A DNA stretch of 59,918 nt, filler included, from Nemertoderma westbladi (GCA_032718475.1; 3 parts of 3 records of this genome joined end to end with filler, not necessarily neighbours in it); one strand, 5' to 3'. Counted from the first letter of the whole stretch, positions 1-13,109 are shown. Notes: generated from the sequence alone by a model not told the origin. A program made the numbers and translations.

Positions 1-268
1 TTTCCCGAAAGTGAATAATATTTGTCAGAGATTATATATTAGTAATCAATCGAATAATACAGTAGGCTTGACCGCAAATAAATTTAAGCCCACGAATCCA
101 GTCTCCCGGTGTTATAAACGGGTCATTTGGACGCGCATGGACTGGCTTCGGCTAATGTTTTTGGTTTGTTTTGTATTAAATCTTATCATCTTACAAAAGG
201 CAGATTATCAATAAAGACATATAAATTTCGGCAGGTTAAACTGCTGAAGGTCTATAAAAGCGCGTACA
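1..268 (+). mobile_element. 3' end of an LTR (BEL/Pao-like family), cut by the window edge
   Basis: Aligns by eye with 23540-23825 and, more patchily, 27240-27404; all end CAGGTTAAACTG...AAAAG(C/T)GCG(T/A)ACA, a CA terminus. Abuts the TTGGGTGTAG minisatellite. Confidence 0.6.
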
Positions 269-370
269 TTGGGTGTAGTTGGGTGAAAGTTGGGTGTAGT
301 TGGGTGTAGTTGGGTGTAGTTGGGTGAAAGTTGGGTGTAGTTGGGTGTAGTTGGGTGTTTAGGCTGACCG
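269..370 (+). repeat. (TTGGGTGTAG)n minisatellite plus element terminus TTTAGGCTGACCG
   Basis: 10-bp unit with TTGGGTGAAAG variants; same terminus at 12519-12531 and, reverse-complemented, at 9318-9330. Confidence 0.85.
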
Positions 371-989
371 CGGCCTGCCGGCGCTGGGTCAATTTCTGCA
401 GCGACGACGCCGGTGGCCTGGCCGGGCCGGGACCCGGGAATATTTCGACGCCTGCTTAACCGAGCAGCCGAGCGCAGCATCTCTATCATCTGATCATTCA
501 GTCATTGCCAGTGCTCCGCCGGCTACGCCGGCGTAGCACATCTCACATCTCTGCGCCGACCCTTCCGGCCGGCTCATTACCCATTACCCGGCGTAGCACA
601 TTTCTGCGCCAGCTCCCGGCGCAAGTTCTAGTGCCTGAGTGCTACGCCTGCGCCGAACGTGTTCTGCTTACATCTGTACATGTCAGCATGTAAAACTTTT
701 CAATAGGGAGTAGGGGCCTATGTTTAAAAAGAGTTAAAAATTTTCGATTAGATAGATAGATTTCTCCATAATTTTTACCCCAGAATATTTTGCATGTTTA
801 GCTTATCAGTTCAACTTAATCAGTTAGGCCTAATGACTGGTTACCGGTGCCGGTCAGCCGGTAACATAAACAACATGGCAGCATGGCCTTCGCTAGCGAA
901 GTCTGGATTTAGCTGTTTAGTGCGTGCCAGTCCTTGCTTCAGTAGGCCTAGCAGCCTAGTCCTTGACACAGATATAGTATCCTGCAGTC

Positions 990-1140
990 CGGGTAAATCT
1001 TTTCGACCTACGCGTAGGCCTACGCGTAGTTTGTAACTTCCATTCCTGTCATTTACCGGTAGGGCCAGACTTACTGGTTACTGCCTTTTTAACAACTACG
1101 CGTAGGTGTTTTAAAACAACGCGTAGTTATTTTGGAACTA
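990..1140. repeat. Dispersed repeat rich in CTACGCGTAG palindromes (host of CAGT-MITE insertions)
   Basis: Near-identical to 4350-4463 plus 5034-5065; continuation at 3697-3732 matches 5168-5201. Confidence 0.7.
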
Positions 1141-2056
1141 CAGTAAGGGAAAATACCCCGAATCGGGGTACAGCTCTATACACCGAATCGGTGTCATAGT
1201 GGAAAATAGTGACACCGATTCGAGATTTTCAGTAGAAAGCTATACCCCGAATCGGTGCTCTACTAGAAAATCTTCAGGCAGCGGAAAAATTAGGTATACC
1301 CCGAATCGGGGTATAAGAGTTATTTACGCCCCTCCAGAAAAATGATGTTTCACTCACGCCAGACTGGAATTCATAGTGCGAAAATTACATTTTGTGTAGT
1401 ACAATACTGTTTCATACAGTCATAATATAAATGTAGTAACTATATTGATAGATAGGGCCTACTACTGAAGTACGGGAGGTACTGTATATCACTATATTGT
1501 ACATTTACATTATTATTATTGCAGTCTTATTTGTCTATCAACTGATTTATAAATATGGATATGATAACAAAAAGTATGTTTTTTAATCGACACGGAGTAC
1601 CAGTACATTAGTACCAGTACAGTAAAATTCCATTATTAAGAGATAGGAGCAGGTTACAGTAGCTGCTTTTTTTAACCAAAACAATACATGAAACTACACT
1701 TCGAAATTGAGGGAAAATAGTAAGTTGTAGTTACAGTGGTGGGGTGGTGCTTTTAACTAATACAATAAACGAAGCTAATCGTAATTAACTGACAAGAGCT
1801 GGTTAAAGTTGCAGTGCTTCTAACCAAACCAATAAAGGAAACTAGATATTGACGGAAAAAAGCTGAAGTAAAATACAGTACATTTTCTTCGGCCGTTAGG
1901 CCAGGGATTGCGCACAAAGTCAGACGACTTATTTCCATTGCGGACCCCCAGAGCTATACTCCCCAGAGGAATTTCCAGTACTCATTTAGCTACCATTTAA
2001 TGACGCAAGGCAGAGATGCGCCCTGGTTAGACTCTTCAATAGAATCTTCTTAGATT

Positions 2057-2305
2057 CTTCTGGCAAGCACGTATAATAACCTTGCCCATTCTGGCAAGCA
2101 CGTATAATAACCTTCCCCATTCTGGCAAGCACGTATAATAACTTTGCCCGTTCTGGCAAGCACGTATGATAACCTTGCCTGTTCTGGCAAGCACGTATAG
2201 TCGTATAATAACCTTGCCCGTTCTGGCAAGCACGTATAATAACCTTGCCCGTTTGGGCAAGCACGTATAATAACCTTGCCCGTTCTGGCCAGCACGTATA
2301 ATAAC
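2057..2305. repeat. 31-bp tandem minisatellite, about 8 copies
   Basis: Unit TTCTGGCAAGCACGTATAATAACCTTGCCCG, contiguous with no unique spacers. Confidence 0.9.
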
Positions 2306-2598
2306 ACGCAAGCAGATATTTTATACCCTGCCAGTTTTAGCATATTAAACGATGAGTCGAGATATAATATTATTATGATAATTATTACGATTATAATACG
2401 AGAATTATAATATATGATATATGACAATGGCATACATGGATACATGAACAGATGAATACATTACATTGCAATGGCTTGCATATTATTTATAGACAATAAA
2501 ATACAGTACGTGAAACCTAAATACAGTACGTGAAAACTACAGAACTATGGTAGTATTATGTACTGTAGCTACTTAGTATTGAATTAACATACTACTGT

Positions 2599-2863
2599 AG
2601 GGGGGGGGGGGGGGGGGGGGGGGGGCATTGGACGCAATAAAAATTAATCCCTCTCCAAGGTAAATTCGACGCAAATAACAGCGGATTACTCTCAAAAATA
2701 AGACTGTAACCTATTCTATTGTGCTTAGTTTATTGTTTTGGTTAAAATAACGTGCCACTGTAACCTGCTCCTTTCCCTAAATTGATAATTTAACATTGAG
2801 GCGGGATATTAATTCGCCAAGTCGGGTTTTGCGTCCAGTCCCCCCCCCCCCCCCCCCCCCCCC
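2599..2863. mobile_element. MITE with poly-G / poly-C ends
   Basis: (G)n-CATTGGACGCAA ... TTGCGTCCAGT-(C)n inverted ends; diverged relatives at about 32760-32880, 36640-36760 and 43280-43440. Confidence 0.65.
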
Positions 2864-4463
2864 CTGACTCCAACACACACAACACTACTCAACCCACCCC
2901 TCTAGGTGTACAACTTAATCCAGGATGACTAATACTAATATTAGACAATGTAGGCCTACGCCATAATAAAAAATAAATGTAATAGCCTACTGTAAATCAC
3001 ATTAGCGGCAACTGCTCTGCCACCAGGAATAGCTCACATTATAAACTTGGCCCATTTAATACACTACCACTTTGTCACTGACGATGACAAATTACGTATA
3101 ATAACAAACAATAATACAATAGGAAATCACCAAATGTACTCGCATCGAAAATATATTAAATATTTTAATTAATTTGTTCGTTTATATAACACTAATACTA
3201 ATTAAAATATGAATTACATCACGAAAATCCATTAAAAATATAAAAAACGACTAGAAAATATACACCGAATCGGTGTCAGAGTGGAAAAAAAGAGCCGATT
3301 CGGTGTATTTTCGAGAAAATTGAATTCCTGAATCGGTGTACTAGAAAATACTGACCCCGAATCGGTGCTTCTGCAGGCTGTATGAATATATCACAAGCCC
3401 CCATTCGGGGTACAGGGAGTCCTGGATACCCTGATTCGGGGTATAATTTACATTAGATTTTCCGGTACAATATCGAAGCCGGAAGATTTCATTATTACTC
3501 CAAAGTTTTCTTATTTGTAGTACACACCAATGTGTATTCGAATATGTTAAAACGAAATTGCGGAATTAAAATCTTCATATGCGGAAATGAAGGAGAAAAA
3601 ATGTCTATGGGAGAACCCCGAATCGGGGTATCACAAAACCCCGAATGGGGGTTTGCTTCTATACCCCGATTCGGGGTATTTTCCCTTACTGAACTACTAT
3701 CGGTATATGTCAGGTATCTGATTATCAGACAAGGAATAACAGAATCGGAAACTCATATCTCTACATACAGCACTGGTAATAAATAATATTCGGCTCTTTC
3801 ACATACAAACACAGGATGAATAAAAAGTCGACTTAAAATTCACGTCTCATGATTCAAGTATCTTTGTTTCCATTGGATTATTTAAATATTTGTACAGTAG
3901 TAAGCTACCAGTCTACCGATGAAGTGGTTAAGCGAAAGCTGATAAATACTGCATATAATCAAATTGTTTGGTCAAATAACAAGTGCAACCAATCATGGTA
4001 TACAATTTAGTCTCCCCCTTCCCTTGTCAAGGTGTTAACCCCTTAACATATTAAATAGGCCTATATCCTTGCCCTAGATCGTGAACACAGGCAATAAAAA
4101 GCATAGAGAATCGATAAGAACCATCGGCCTATTTCCTTTGTAAACTATTTTTGAACTCTAAACATTATTACCGGTAACACATTTTAGCACCCGCAACGCA
4201 TGAAGTGAAGAATATGTAGTCTTAGCGTATTGGTATTCCTCTATATAGAGTAGGCCTATACAGGTATAGGATGCATTACTGTTGAAAGCATTTGATGGTT
4301 GTGGGTTGTTTATTGAACATATACCGTAGGCCGTATGGTCTTATTTTAGGGGTAAATCTTTTCGACCTACGCGTAGGCCTACGCGTAGCTACGCGTAGTT
4401 TGTAACTTCCATTCCTGTCATTTACCGGTAGGGCCAGACATACTGCCTTTTTAACAACTATGC

Positions 4464-5033
4464 CAGTCGGGGAGAAGTTCAAATTTCAACTGAGTTGAAA
4501 TTTAAAACTTTTTTTTTTAAATTCAACTTCTAAGTTGTAAATTCAACTCTAAAATGGCAGGAGGCGCAGAAGGGCCCCAAGACGTCACAGAAGGGGTGTT
4601 TTTATTGTTTTTATGGATGTAACTCGAAAAATTAACCCTCATTACCGATGGAATAAAAACTTTCACCGTCGGGAATACTTTTTTTAAAAACATTTTAAGT
4701 GATTACATTTGCAAATTAGCTGAAATACTGAAATACCGGTACTACGGGAATTTATTAGATGTATGAAATGACCGCTTTCTGGCTTTATGTCATAATTATT
4801 ACACAATCAGACAATGGAATACCTGGAATACCAGAAATGGATTCCAATTCCTTATTTCAGTATCTCTCAAGCAGTAATAAAGCTACGCCAAAAGTTGAAT
4901 TTTAAAAAAGTCAGAAAGTTGAATTTTAAACTCTACTCCAAAAGTTGAATTTTAATAAAAAGTTGAATTTTAAAAAATAAAGTTTAAATTTCAACTCAGT
5001 CTGTCAGTTGAAAATAGAACTTCTCCCCGACTG
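4464..5033. mobile_element. MITE, CAGT...ACTG termini, 5-bp TSD
   Basis: TIR CAGTCGGGGAGAAGTTC / GAACTTCTCCCCGACTG; TSD TATGC at 4459-4463 and 5034-5038; subterminal TTCAACT/AGTTGAA motifs. Confidence 0.9.
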
Positions 5034-5202
5034 TATGCGTAGGTGTTTTAAAACTACGCGTAGTTCCCACTAGATATTTTATAACTACGCGTAGCTGATA
5101 CGCGTAACAGTCCTGATAACAATGATTTTTCATTTCAGGTCCGGTAGGGTTGAGTTGTTAGGCAAGTATCGGTATATGTCAGGTATCTGATTATCAGACA
5201 AA

Positions 5203-5490
5203 CAGTCGGGCACTTTGTCAATATTGACATGTGTCAATATTGACATGTAGAGCTAGTTTCTCCAGGATTGGGCATGTCAAAATTGACATGAACATGTCAA
5301 TATTGACATTTTTTTACCTGACGTGTTAAAATATTTCCAGACGTGTTTTTTAAATATAAAAATCGAAATTATAAGTAAATTAGAAACTTTTGACCGTGCG
5401 GAAATTTTTTTCACCTTGCCGTTTAGTTAATATAAATACTTAAAGTTTTTCTCATGTTAAAATTGACATACATGTCAAAATTGACATGTA
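5203..5490. mobile_element. Left end of a third CAGTCGGG-type MITE
   Basis: Starts CAGTCGGG inside the same host repeat; repeated ATGTCAA(T/A)ATTGACAT palindromes; right end not found. Confidence 0.5.
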
Positions 5491-5659
5491 ATGATGAGAA
5501 CAGAAGTGTGGGGTTAGGCCACGCCACGCCACGCCACCCTATATAGACTAGGCCTATACTATAACTGTATAACTAGGTATAATTTATACTGTTATACCTG
5601 ACAAAGACTGAAAGATACATCATACATACATACTGACAGACTGACAGATTACTGGCAAA

Positions 5660-8480
5660 TTTAAACAGCTCATTTCAGCATTTATCATGCTTTACGAATT
5701 CCTTTTAATAGTTTCAACAGCCAGACAGCTCTTTTCAGCCTTTCCCATGCTGCATGAACTCATGAAGGTCTCTGAACAGTTCTAACAGAACAGCTATTTT
5801 CAACATTTCTCATGTTGCACGAAGCCCTCGGACTGTCGGAACAATTTCAACTGTTCTTTTCAGCATTTATCATGCTGCATGAAGGATTCTGAACAGTTTT
5901 ATGAGCTCTTTTCAGTATTTCTCATGCTGCACGAAGGCCTCTTAAACAGACTGACAGATTAGACTGCTATTTTCGGCATTCTCATACTGCACGAAGTCCT
6001 CTGAACAACTTCAAATGTTATTTTCAACATTTATCATGCTGTCTTGAGGACTCTGAACAGTTTTATCAGCTCATTTCAGTATTTATCATGCTGCATGAAT
6101 GCCTTTTAGCAGTTCCAACAGCTCTTTTCAGCATTTATCATGCTGCACGAAGGTATCTGAACAGTTTCAACTGCTATTTTCGGCATTCTCATATTCCACA
6201 AAGCCCTCTGAACAACTTCAAATGTTATTTTCAGCATTTATCATGCTGCATGAAGGACTCTGAACAGTTTTATCAGTTCTTTTCAGTATTTCTCATGCTG
6301 CATGAAGGCCTTTTAGCAGTTTCAACAGCCATTTTCAGCATTTATCATGCTGCATGAAGGCCTCTGAACAGTTTCAACAGCTATTTTCAGCATTTATCAT
6401 GCTGCATTGAGGACTCTGAACAGTTGCATCAGCTCTTTTCAGTATTTATCATGCTACATGAAGGCCTTTTAGCAGTTTCAACAGCCCTTTTCAGCATTTA
6501 TCATGCTGCAGGAAGGCAGCTGAACAGTTTCAACAGCTATTTTCGGCATTCTCATATTGCACAAAGCCCTCTGAACGACTTCAAATGTTATTTTCAGCAT
6601 TTATCATGCTGCATGAAGGACTCTGAACAGTTTTATCAGCTCTTTTCAGTATTTCTCATGCTGCATGAAGGCCTTTTAGCAGTTTTAACAGCCCTTTTCA
6701 GCATTTATCGTGATGCACGAAGGACTCTGAACAGTTGCATCAGCTCTTTTCAGTATTTATCATGCTGCATGAAGGCCTTTTAGCAGTTTCAACAGCCCTT
6801 TTCAGCATTTATCATGCTGCACGAAGGCAGCTGAACAGTTTCAACAGCTATTTTCGGCATTCTCATATTGCACAAAGCCCTCTGAACGACTTCAAATGTT
6901 ATTTTCAGCATTTATCATGCTGCATGAAGGACTCTGAACAGTTTTATCAGCTCTTTTCAGTATTTCTCATGCTGCACGAAGGCCTCTTAAACAGACTGAC
7001 AGATTAGACTGCTATTTTCGGCATTCTCATACTGCACGAAGTCCTCTGAACAACTTCAAATGTTATTTTCAACATTTATCATGCTGTCTTGAGGACTCTG
7101 AACAGTTTTATCAGCTCATTTCAGTATTTATCATGCTGCATGAATGCCTTTTAGCAGTTCCAACAGCTCTTTTCAGCATTTATCATGCTGCACGAAGGTA
7201 TCTGAACAGTTTCAACTGCTATTTTCGGCATTCTCATATTCCACAAAGCCCTCTGAACAACTTCAAATGTTATTTTCAGCATTTATCATGCTGCATGAAG
7301 GACTCTGAACAGTTTTATCAGTTCTTTTCAGTATTTCTCATGCTGCATGAAGGCCTTTTAGCAGTTTCAACAGCCATTTTCAGCATTTATCATGCTGCAT
7401 GAAGGCCTCTGAACAGTTTCAACAGCTATTTTCAGCATTTATCATGCTGCATTGAGGACTCTGAACAGTTGCATCAGCTCTTTTCAGTATTTATCATGCT
7501 ACATGAAGGCCTTTTAGCAGTTTCAACAGCCCTTTTCAGCATTTATCATGCTGCAGGAAGGCAGCTGAACAGTTTCAACAGCTATTTTCGGCATTCTCAT
7601 ATTGCACAAAGCCCTCTGAACGACTTCAAATGTTATTTTCAGCATTTATCATGCTGCATGAAGGACTCTGAACAGTTTTATCAGCTCTTTTCAGTATTTA
7701 TCATGCTGCATGAAGGCCTTTTAGCAGTTTTAACAGCCCTTTTCAGCATTTATCGTGATGCACGAAGGACTCTGAACAGTTGCATCAGCTCTTTTCAGTA
7801 TTTATCATGCTGCATGAAGGCCTTTTAGCAGTTTCAACAGCCCTTTTCAGCATTTATCATGCTGCACGAAGGCAGCTGAACAGTTTCAACAGCTATTTTC
7901 GGCATTCTCATATTGCACAAAGCCCTCTGAACGACTTCAAATGTTATTTTCAGCATTTATCATGCTGCATGAAGGACTCTGAACAGTTTTATCAGCTCTT
8001 TTCAGTATTTCTCATGCTGCATGAAGGCCTTTTAGCAGTTTTAACAGCCCTTTTCAGCATTTATCGTGATGCACGAAGGACTCTGGAGTTCTGGACAGTT
8101 TTATCAGCTCTTTTCAGTATTTCTCCTGCTGCATGAAGGCCTTTTAGCAGTTTTAACAGCCCTTTTCAGCATTTATCATACTGCACGAAGGCCTCTGAGC
8201 AGCTTTGAGAGATCTTTTATGTATTTTTCAAACTGTGCGAAGGCTCCTGTGCCCCAGTGCCCTGGGCAGTTTTATCAGTTCTTTTCAGTTTTTCTCATGA
8301 TACATGAAACCCTCTGAACAATTTCAACTGCACTTTTCAGCATTTATCATGCTGCACAAAGGACTCTGAACAGTTTTAGTAGCTCTTTTTCAGTATTTAA
8401 CATGCTGGTATTTATAATGCAGCAAGAATGCCTCTAACTAAAGCGTTTTGACAGCTCGTTTCAGTATTTGTGATGCTACT
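5660..8480. repeat. 52-bp satellite with 311-bp and 1045-bp higher-order repeats
   Basis: Unit approx CTCTGAACAGTTTTATCAGCTCTTTTCAGTATTTCTCATGCTGCATGAAGGC; identical ORFs offset by 1045 (6088 vs 7133), near-identical ones by 311 (6424 vs 6735); degenerate edges. Confidence 0.95.
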
Positions 8481-9134
8481 TGAAGGCCTCTAAATAGATT
8501 TGGTGGGGGTGAAATGAACATGAGAGTAAAAACCCAAGCGATCATTTTGTGAACATCCAATGATATTGGGATATTGCCTGTTTTATAAATGCTTTAAGTT
8601 GTTATGGCTGTATGGGATGTTCTGTTTGATTGGTTGTTGTGTGATTGGCCAGTATTAAATGCACTAAATCAACAAGCGATCAATGTAACTTAGTAGTTTA
8701 CATTTAAATATTAGCAGTATGCCGGTAGCTCTACATGTACTCTCAGACTCTAACACACTTACCTATGACGCTATGAGTGATGTTTGCAGTGACTGACGTA
8801 ATAATGAAAGAATGCAGGAATGTACTTAAGAATATAATACAATTGATGGACTCTTGCTCTAGGTTCTAGGATAGAGGCCAGGCCTCTTTACAGCTTTAAT
8901 CTTTGTAAAATACTGTCATATCGTACAATACAGCAGTAACTGGACACTTAATGTAGGTAAATAATACGTAATACAGTTATACATATGTTATGATATACAG
9001 TTATACGTACTACATTATTCTATCCATTATCCTGCCACACCAACCTGCTCCTTTCCCTGTCGGTCCTACTAATTACCCCAACCTACCCCAACCTACCACA
9101 AACTACCACAATCTACCCCAACAATTCGATTCAG

Positions 9135-9317
9135 GCATCTAATTACCACAATGTTATTTTACAATGGCATCTAATTACCACAATATACAGAACTCAAGTG
9201 TCTATTTACCACAAGACTACACAGCATCTAATTACCACAATATTATTTTACAATGGCATCTAATTACCACAATATACAGAACGCAAGTGTCTAATTACCA
9301 CAAGACTATACTGCGTC
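9135..9317. repeat. Tandem repeat with core TCTAATTACCACAA
   Basis: About 6 copies at roughly 28-31 bp spacing. Confidence 0.7.
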
Positions 9318-10160
9318 GGGTCAGCCTAATCACCCAACTACACCCAACTTTCACCCAACTACACCCAACTACACCCAACTACACCCAACTACACCCAACT
9401 TTCACCCAACTACACCCAACTTTCACCCAACTACCACCCAACTACACCCAACTTTCACCAACTACACCCAACTTCAACACAACAGCATCCAACTTATACC
9501 AAACTATACTGTATGGCACCTATCTTCCACAAATTACAATATGTACAGTAACAAACTCTGAACTTCTTTGAGGAATTGCTGAGATATGAACTTTTAAAAG
9601 TTGCATGTACTCGTGCTGTATTTTGCCATCACTGCCCTGCAATTATGAAAATAACTAACTAACATTTTATTTTTATTGCAGGTTGATTCTAGAATAATTG
9701 ATGAATTTAGCAAAAAATATACAAAGGAGAGACACAGAGACTATTGACGAACGATCCAGATACCTATAGATGTCTACACATACCACGCATCAAAACTCCA
9801 AACTAAGCTACAGTACAAACTAAACTGGCGCTGTGGGATTGCGGTGAAAATGAAAACGGTATTGATACACAGGAGGGTCACCGTCACAGCCTTAACGACG
9901 AAATCGCATTATTGGAAACTTCTGCTGTGGGAATAGCAATGCAGATAATTCGTACAAAGTTAATGGACATAAATTCTATATTATACAGTATGTTTAATGC
10001 AATTATAATAATGTAATTATCCTTTATGTATCATAGAATACAAGAAAATAAACTGTAACATTATTTTCAGCTTCTTTATCTTAAACTTTATAGCCTTTAT
10101 ACTGTATTAATTAATTTTTAACGAAACAACAGAAATAATTTTAGAACTTTTTACATTTCT
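9318..10160 (+). mobile_element. Unclassified element end bearing (CACCCAACTA)n; inverted copy at about 11510-12531
   Basis: About 840 bp of clear inverted similarity with 11510-12531 including terminus, minisatellite and the following unique sequence; no TSD seen. Confidence 0.7.
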
Positions 10161-10409
10161 CATTACATTTTACATGTCTCAAGTTTACACTCCATTTGGC
10201 TCCCTGATCCAATCTTAATGGTTAGCAAATAAAGTACTTTCTGTATAATATAGGCGAATAATAAATTTCTCATGGAACCAAAATAATAAACGAAAGATAA
10301 GATCAAATTAATATAAAGGCCACGAAGTTTAGAATAAAACTGTTGAAAATAAAGACTACAGTATGTTACAATCTTTCTTGTAATATGATACAAAGGATAA
10401 TTATAATAT

Positions 10410-10537
10410 TTTATTGTTAAATTTCTGAATTACTTAACGCTTGTCCTTGGACAAGCCGTAAATATAGTAGATAGATGGATTATTTGCGGCTCGTCCATAG
10501 ACGAGCGTTAAGTAATAAAGAAATTTAACAATAAAAC
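10410..10537. repeat. Long imperfect palindrome (hairpin MITE core)
   Basis: TTTATTGTTAAATTTCT..TTACTTAACGCT ... AGCGTTAAGTAA..AGAAATTTAACAATAAA. Confidence 0.7.
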
Positions 10538-10859
10538 AACATATTATAGTGTATAATGTACTTTTATCTCACTTCGGTCCCTCGTTTCAATATTTCACTA
10601 ACTCGAATATGATAATAACTCGAAATAAATTTTCCAGTATTTACTAATTATCATAGTGCGTTAAGGCTCGCCTTTACTACGTGGCTCGCATGTTCTCGCT
10701 GTAATGCCTCAGAACTAAACATTAGATATACTGTATTGTACTGTATGTCCTACTCATCTTCACATCCAAAAAAGCGACGTAGATTAGGATTTGTATGGTT
10801 TTTGACAATTTTATAATTTGCTTTATAATTTTTTATTTTCAAAAATCCTGACCTGCGAG

Positions 10860-11090
10860 AAAGTGGTGAAAGGTAAGTGTAGTTGGGTGGAAAAGAGACA
10901 ATGTTGAGTGTACTGTAGTTGGGTGATAGTTGGGTGAAGTTGGGTGGAGAATTGGGTGTAGTTGGGTGAAAGTTGGGTGTTGTTGGGGGTAGTTGGGTGA
11001 AAGTTGGGTGAGAGTTGGGTGGAAGTGGAGTGTAGTTGGGTGAAAGTGAGTCAAAGTTGAGTGTAGTTGGTTGGAGAGTTTGGTGTTCTG
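10860..11090 (+). repeat. Degenerate (TTGGGTGTAG)n array
   Basis: Same 10-bp core, more diverged. Confidence 0.75.
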
Positions 11091-11509
11091 TGGGACGAGT
11101 CACGCAGTCAGGGCGATAGGGCAAAGGGATCAAGTCAATGTTGATCACATGAGGATTTTCGAATGGGTGGAATGTCTGAAAGATTAAATACACTTCTCCC
11201 ATTTCGTTGTTTGTAATAAAATAAGCTGAATATTGTCATATCCTACTGTACATATACTGTACAGTATGTACTAGAGACCACAAGCCGCGTCTATATGATT
11301 ACGTTGATCAACGTCTGCAATTCTCTACCCGAGTGTGTGAATTATTATTTCTACTACTGTAAGATCTGTAATGTATAACGATCTTATCGATTCTCATACT
11401 GTAGAGATCTTGTCCATTCTGGCATCGCCTGTATGTGAAGATCATAATAAGTTCTTTGCAGAAATTCCCTTGAACTGTACAGATCTTACCAGATCCCCTT
11501 TTAGTTTAT

Positions 11510-12531
11510 CAAAAATGTAAAATGTTCTAAAATTATTGCTGTTGTTTCGTTAAAAATTAATTAATATAAAGGCCATAAAGTTCGCCCATGTGAATAATAC
11601 CAGGATTTCACTTTTCGGTCGACATTTTATTGGAATTTTATGTATGAAGATTTTTTATTTTTTTTAATTTATCTTTTTGATACGTTTCGTTTTGATACGG
11701 CTAAATTTCGTTTATTGTTTTGGTTAGATTCAGCCCTTTTGTAACCTGTGATTTTAATGAAAACCTGGGATTCTTCACATGGGGGCAACTGCAAAGTTAA
11801 ATATATAACGGCAGAAAGTGTTTACATGGGCCCAAGATTAAAATAAAGCTGCTGAAAATAATGTTACAGTTCTTTTTCTTGTATTCTATGATACATAAAG
11901 GATAATTACATTATTATAATTGCATTAAACATACTGTATAATATAGAACTTATGTCCATTAACTTTGTACGAATTATCTGCATTGCTATTCCCATAACAG
12001 AAGTTTCCAATGCGATTTCGTCGTTAAGGCTGTGACGGTGACCCTCCTGTGTATCAATACCGTTTTCATTTTCACCACAATCCCATAGCGCCAGTTTAGT
12101 TTTATACTGTAGCTTGGATCGTTCGTCAATAGTCTCTGCGTCTCTCCTTTGTATATTTATTGCTAAATTCATCAATTATTCTAGAACCAACCTGCAATAA
12201 ATATAAAACGTTAGTTTGTTATTTTCATAATTGCTCAGCAGTGGGGGCAACATACAGTACATGAAACATTTAAAAGCTCATATCTCAGCAATTCCTCGAA
12301 GAGTTTGTTACTGTACATATTGTAATTTGTGGAAGTTTGGTGCCATACAGTAGGTATAGTTTTGTGTAAGTTGGATGCAGAGTGGAAGTGGATGTTGGGT
12401 GTAGTGGGGTGGAACTGTGTGGGTGTAGTTGGCTGAAAGTTGGGTGTAGTTGGGTGAAAGTTGGGTGTAGTTGGGTGTAGTTGGGTGAAAGTTGGGTGTA
12501 GTTGGGTGTAGTTGGGTGTTTAGGCTGACCG
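11510..12531 (-). mobile_element. Second, inverted copy of the (CACCCAACTA)n-bearing element end, with a ~200-bp MITE inserted at about 11584-11785
   Basis: Reverse complement of 9318-10160; nested insert bounded by CCCATGTGAA ... TTCACATGGG. Confidence 0.7.
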
Positions 12532-13109
12532 TTCCTGTGCTCATTGCTGTTGCTACCAGCTCCTTTTCGTATTATTACTATATCTATCTGTATATGTCCA
12601 CCACATAAAGGCCCGTTCACATCCAACGGAACGGTACACCGCGTGGTGTACCGCAAGGCCAGCGGAACACCGCTGACTGCAGGACTGTGAACGACCCAAC
12701 AGGCAGACAGGTAGTTAATACTTAATAAGGTACTTCCGTGCCCAGGTCACCCAGTCACCGGGGTAATCATAATATTGGTGGGGGAGTTTCATCTTTTTCA
12801 GGTGACACAAAATTAAAGTTATACCAAATATTTCGGCCTACAGGCAGACAGGCCTTTATCAATGGATATATACTGATATAGGTATTACAGGGTGTATTAT
12901 TAAAACGCAATAATTTTTATTGTCCATTTTTATCCTTTTTTTGTCAATTTTTTTTTTATTTTTTATGTCATCCAAAAGTCTAATGTTAGGTTCCATGCTA
13001 CCGGTTTCTCTACTGCTGTTCTCTCAGGCTATCAGTACCGGTTAGTATATATATAGCACTATTTTGCTGTATTGTATGTACAGACTGACAGATGTAGGTA
13101 TAAAGCAGG

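Larger units (their letters stand above)
1141..3691. mobile_element. Non-autonomous DNA transposon, CAGT...ACTG termini, 5-bp TSD (hAT5-like?)
   Basis: 30-bp TIR CAGTAAGGGAAAATACCCCGAATCGGGGTA; TSD AACTA at 1136-1140 and 3692-3696; many subterminal CCGA(A/T)TCGG palindromes; contains nested repeats. Confidence 0.85.

Noticed and set aside
269-360. True telomere
   Set aside because: Short, interstitial, 10-bp unit and repeatedly tied to one element terminus.
2057-2305. 31-bp repeats as a CRISPR array
   Set aside because: Units are contiguous with no unique spacers, no cas genes, eukaryotic context.
6088-8317. ORFs in the 52-bp satellite
   Set aside because: Unit length is not a multiple of 3; frequent stops; purely repeat-derived.
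11906-12175. 89-aa ORF as a gene
   Set aside because: The inverted copy near 9700-10015 has indels that disrupt it; no recognisable domain.
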